From an uncultured Muribaculaceae bacterium (lineage in GTDB: Bacteria > Bacillota_I > Bacilli_A > RF39 > UBA660), in contig CAZJQU010000002.1 of the NCBI GenBank assembly GCA_964548645.1, positions 1 to 32,911 of the forward strand: a stretch of 32,911 bases of DNA, read 5' to 3'. The notes beneath the pieces were generated by a model. It was not told where the DNA came from, made no database searches, and saw only the letters and a list, made by a program, of their open reading frames with translations. This document shows positions 32,198-32,911 of the stretch, in pieces. The number at the start of each line of letters is the position of its first letter. The first letter of the stretch is position 1. The position numbers were made by a program, and so were the translations under genes.

Positions 32198-32213
32198 AAA
32201 ATCACCCAATAAC

Positions 32214-32222
32214 ATTATAACA
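32214..32222 (-). promoter_or_regulatory. Candidate extended -10 promoter for mnmE-recF
   Basis: Minus strand TGTTATAAT in the jag-mnmE gap. It is preceded by the weak hairpin AGAGT-TAAT-ACTCT followed by TTTTTT. Confidence 0.35.
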
Positions 32223-32242
32223 TTAAAAAAAGAGTATTAACT

Positions 32243-32851
32243 CTATTTTTTCTTTATTGTTATACATCTATTTGGTTCTTCACCCACAGATTCTGTAGTA
32301 ATTCCACCAATCTCTGAACATATGCTGTGAACTAATCTTCTTTCGTATGAGTTCATTGGATCAAGTGTTACTTCAACTCCAGATTTTTTTACATCGAATG
32401 CTATTCTTTTTATATTTCTTTCTAAGTTTCTTTTTTGTTTTTCTCTATAATCCTCAACATCTATTATAATATTTACTTTAAATCCTGTATTGTTTTGAAT
32501 AGAACTCCTTACTATTATCTGAATTGAATCTAGTGTTTGTCCGTTTCTACCAATTAAAATTGAGTTTTTATCTGAAAATAAAGTAAATTTTAAATGATCA
32601 TCTCTCTTTTTTGCCTCAATATTTGCATCTATTCCCATTTTTGAGGTTATTTCGAGAACCAGTTCTTTTACATAGTCTATCATGTCATCTTTTAATACTG
32701 CAGTTAGTTTAGTTTTTTTTGATTTAAATAAACCAGATGTTTCTTCTGTATCTTTGAAAAATACGTCTTTTTCTGAAACACTTAATTCATAAAACATTTT
32801 TTCTTTTGCCAAATCTAAGTTTTTTTCTACATATTCATAAGTTTTTATCAT
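32243..32851 (-). CDS. jag: RNA-binding protein Jag/KhpB (Jag_N, KH, R3H domains)
   Basis: 202 aa. KH-like IGRNGQTLDSIQ and R3H ERRLVH motifs. Synteny yidC-jag-mnmE. Confidence 0.85.
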   Translation of the reverse strand: MIKTYEYVEKNLDLAKEKMFYELSVSEKDVFFKDTEETSGLFKSKKTKLTAVLKDDMIDYVKELVLEITSKMGIDANIEAKKRDDHLKFTLFSDKNSILIGRNGQTLDSIQIIVRSSIQNNTGFKVNIIIDVEDYREKQKRNLERNIKRIAFDVKKSGVEVTLDPMNSYERRLVHSICSEIGGITTESVGEEPNRCITIKKK

Positions 32852-32852
32852 A

Positions 32853-32911
32853 TTAACCTCTTTTCATAACTGCTACGTTTTGTACTATAGTAAATATATT
32901 AGATGCTATCC
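32853..32911 (-). CDS. yidC: Membrane protein insertase YidC (last 18 codons only)
   Basis: My minus-strand translation gives IASNIFTIVQNVAVMKRG*, which resembles the conserved YidC C-terminal TM motif (..SN.f.i.Q..). Position is immediately upstream of jag. The fragment is very short. Confidence 0.45.
   Translation of the reverse strand, partial: IASNIFTIVQNVAVMKRG

Overview
AT-rich (about 27% G+C by eye) bacterial chromosome segment using the standard code (TGA is a stop at gyrA and mrnC). Every credible gene is on the minus strand. Content and order match the origin-proximal region of a Bacillota genome and are nearly collinear with the first ~125 kb of B. subtilis, but compacted. Read right to left: yidC(partial)-jag-mnmE | recF-gyrB-gyrA | ffs-tadA-dnaX-ybaB-recR | holB-yaaT | pth-mfd | T-box-metG-tatD-3D-domain protein-ksgA | spoVG | divIC/ftsB | mrnC-rlmB-sigH-secE-nusG-rplK-rplA-rplJ-rplL-methyltransferase-rpoB-rpoC(partial). 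Several ORF-track N-termini are over-extended; I re-called those starts from Shine-Dalgarno positions. The one non-housekeeping element is the ~780-bp gyrA-tadA intergenic region (24470-25250). It holds ten perfect zero-spacer palindromes of three kinds. Four are ATGTTCCACGTGGAACAT and three are ATGTTTCACGTGAAACAT; both are symmetrised forms of the ParB/Spo0J centromere site parS. Three are AAATTATTTCCCGGGAAATAATTT, whose core is the consensus Noc-binding site (NBS). They form three ~211-223-bp modules [parS(TT) - 68-70 bp - NBS - 8-9 bp - parS(CC)] with conserved spacing but unconserved spacer sequence. A short SRP RNA gene is embedded in the array. I interpret this as an unusually dense composite parS/NBS centromere-like array. 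As far as I know, this arrangement has not been described.
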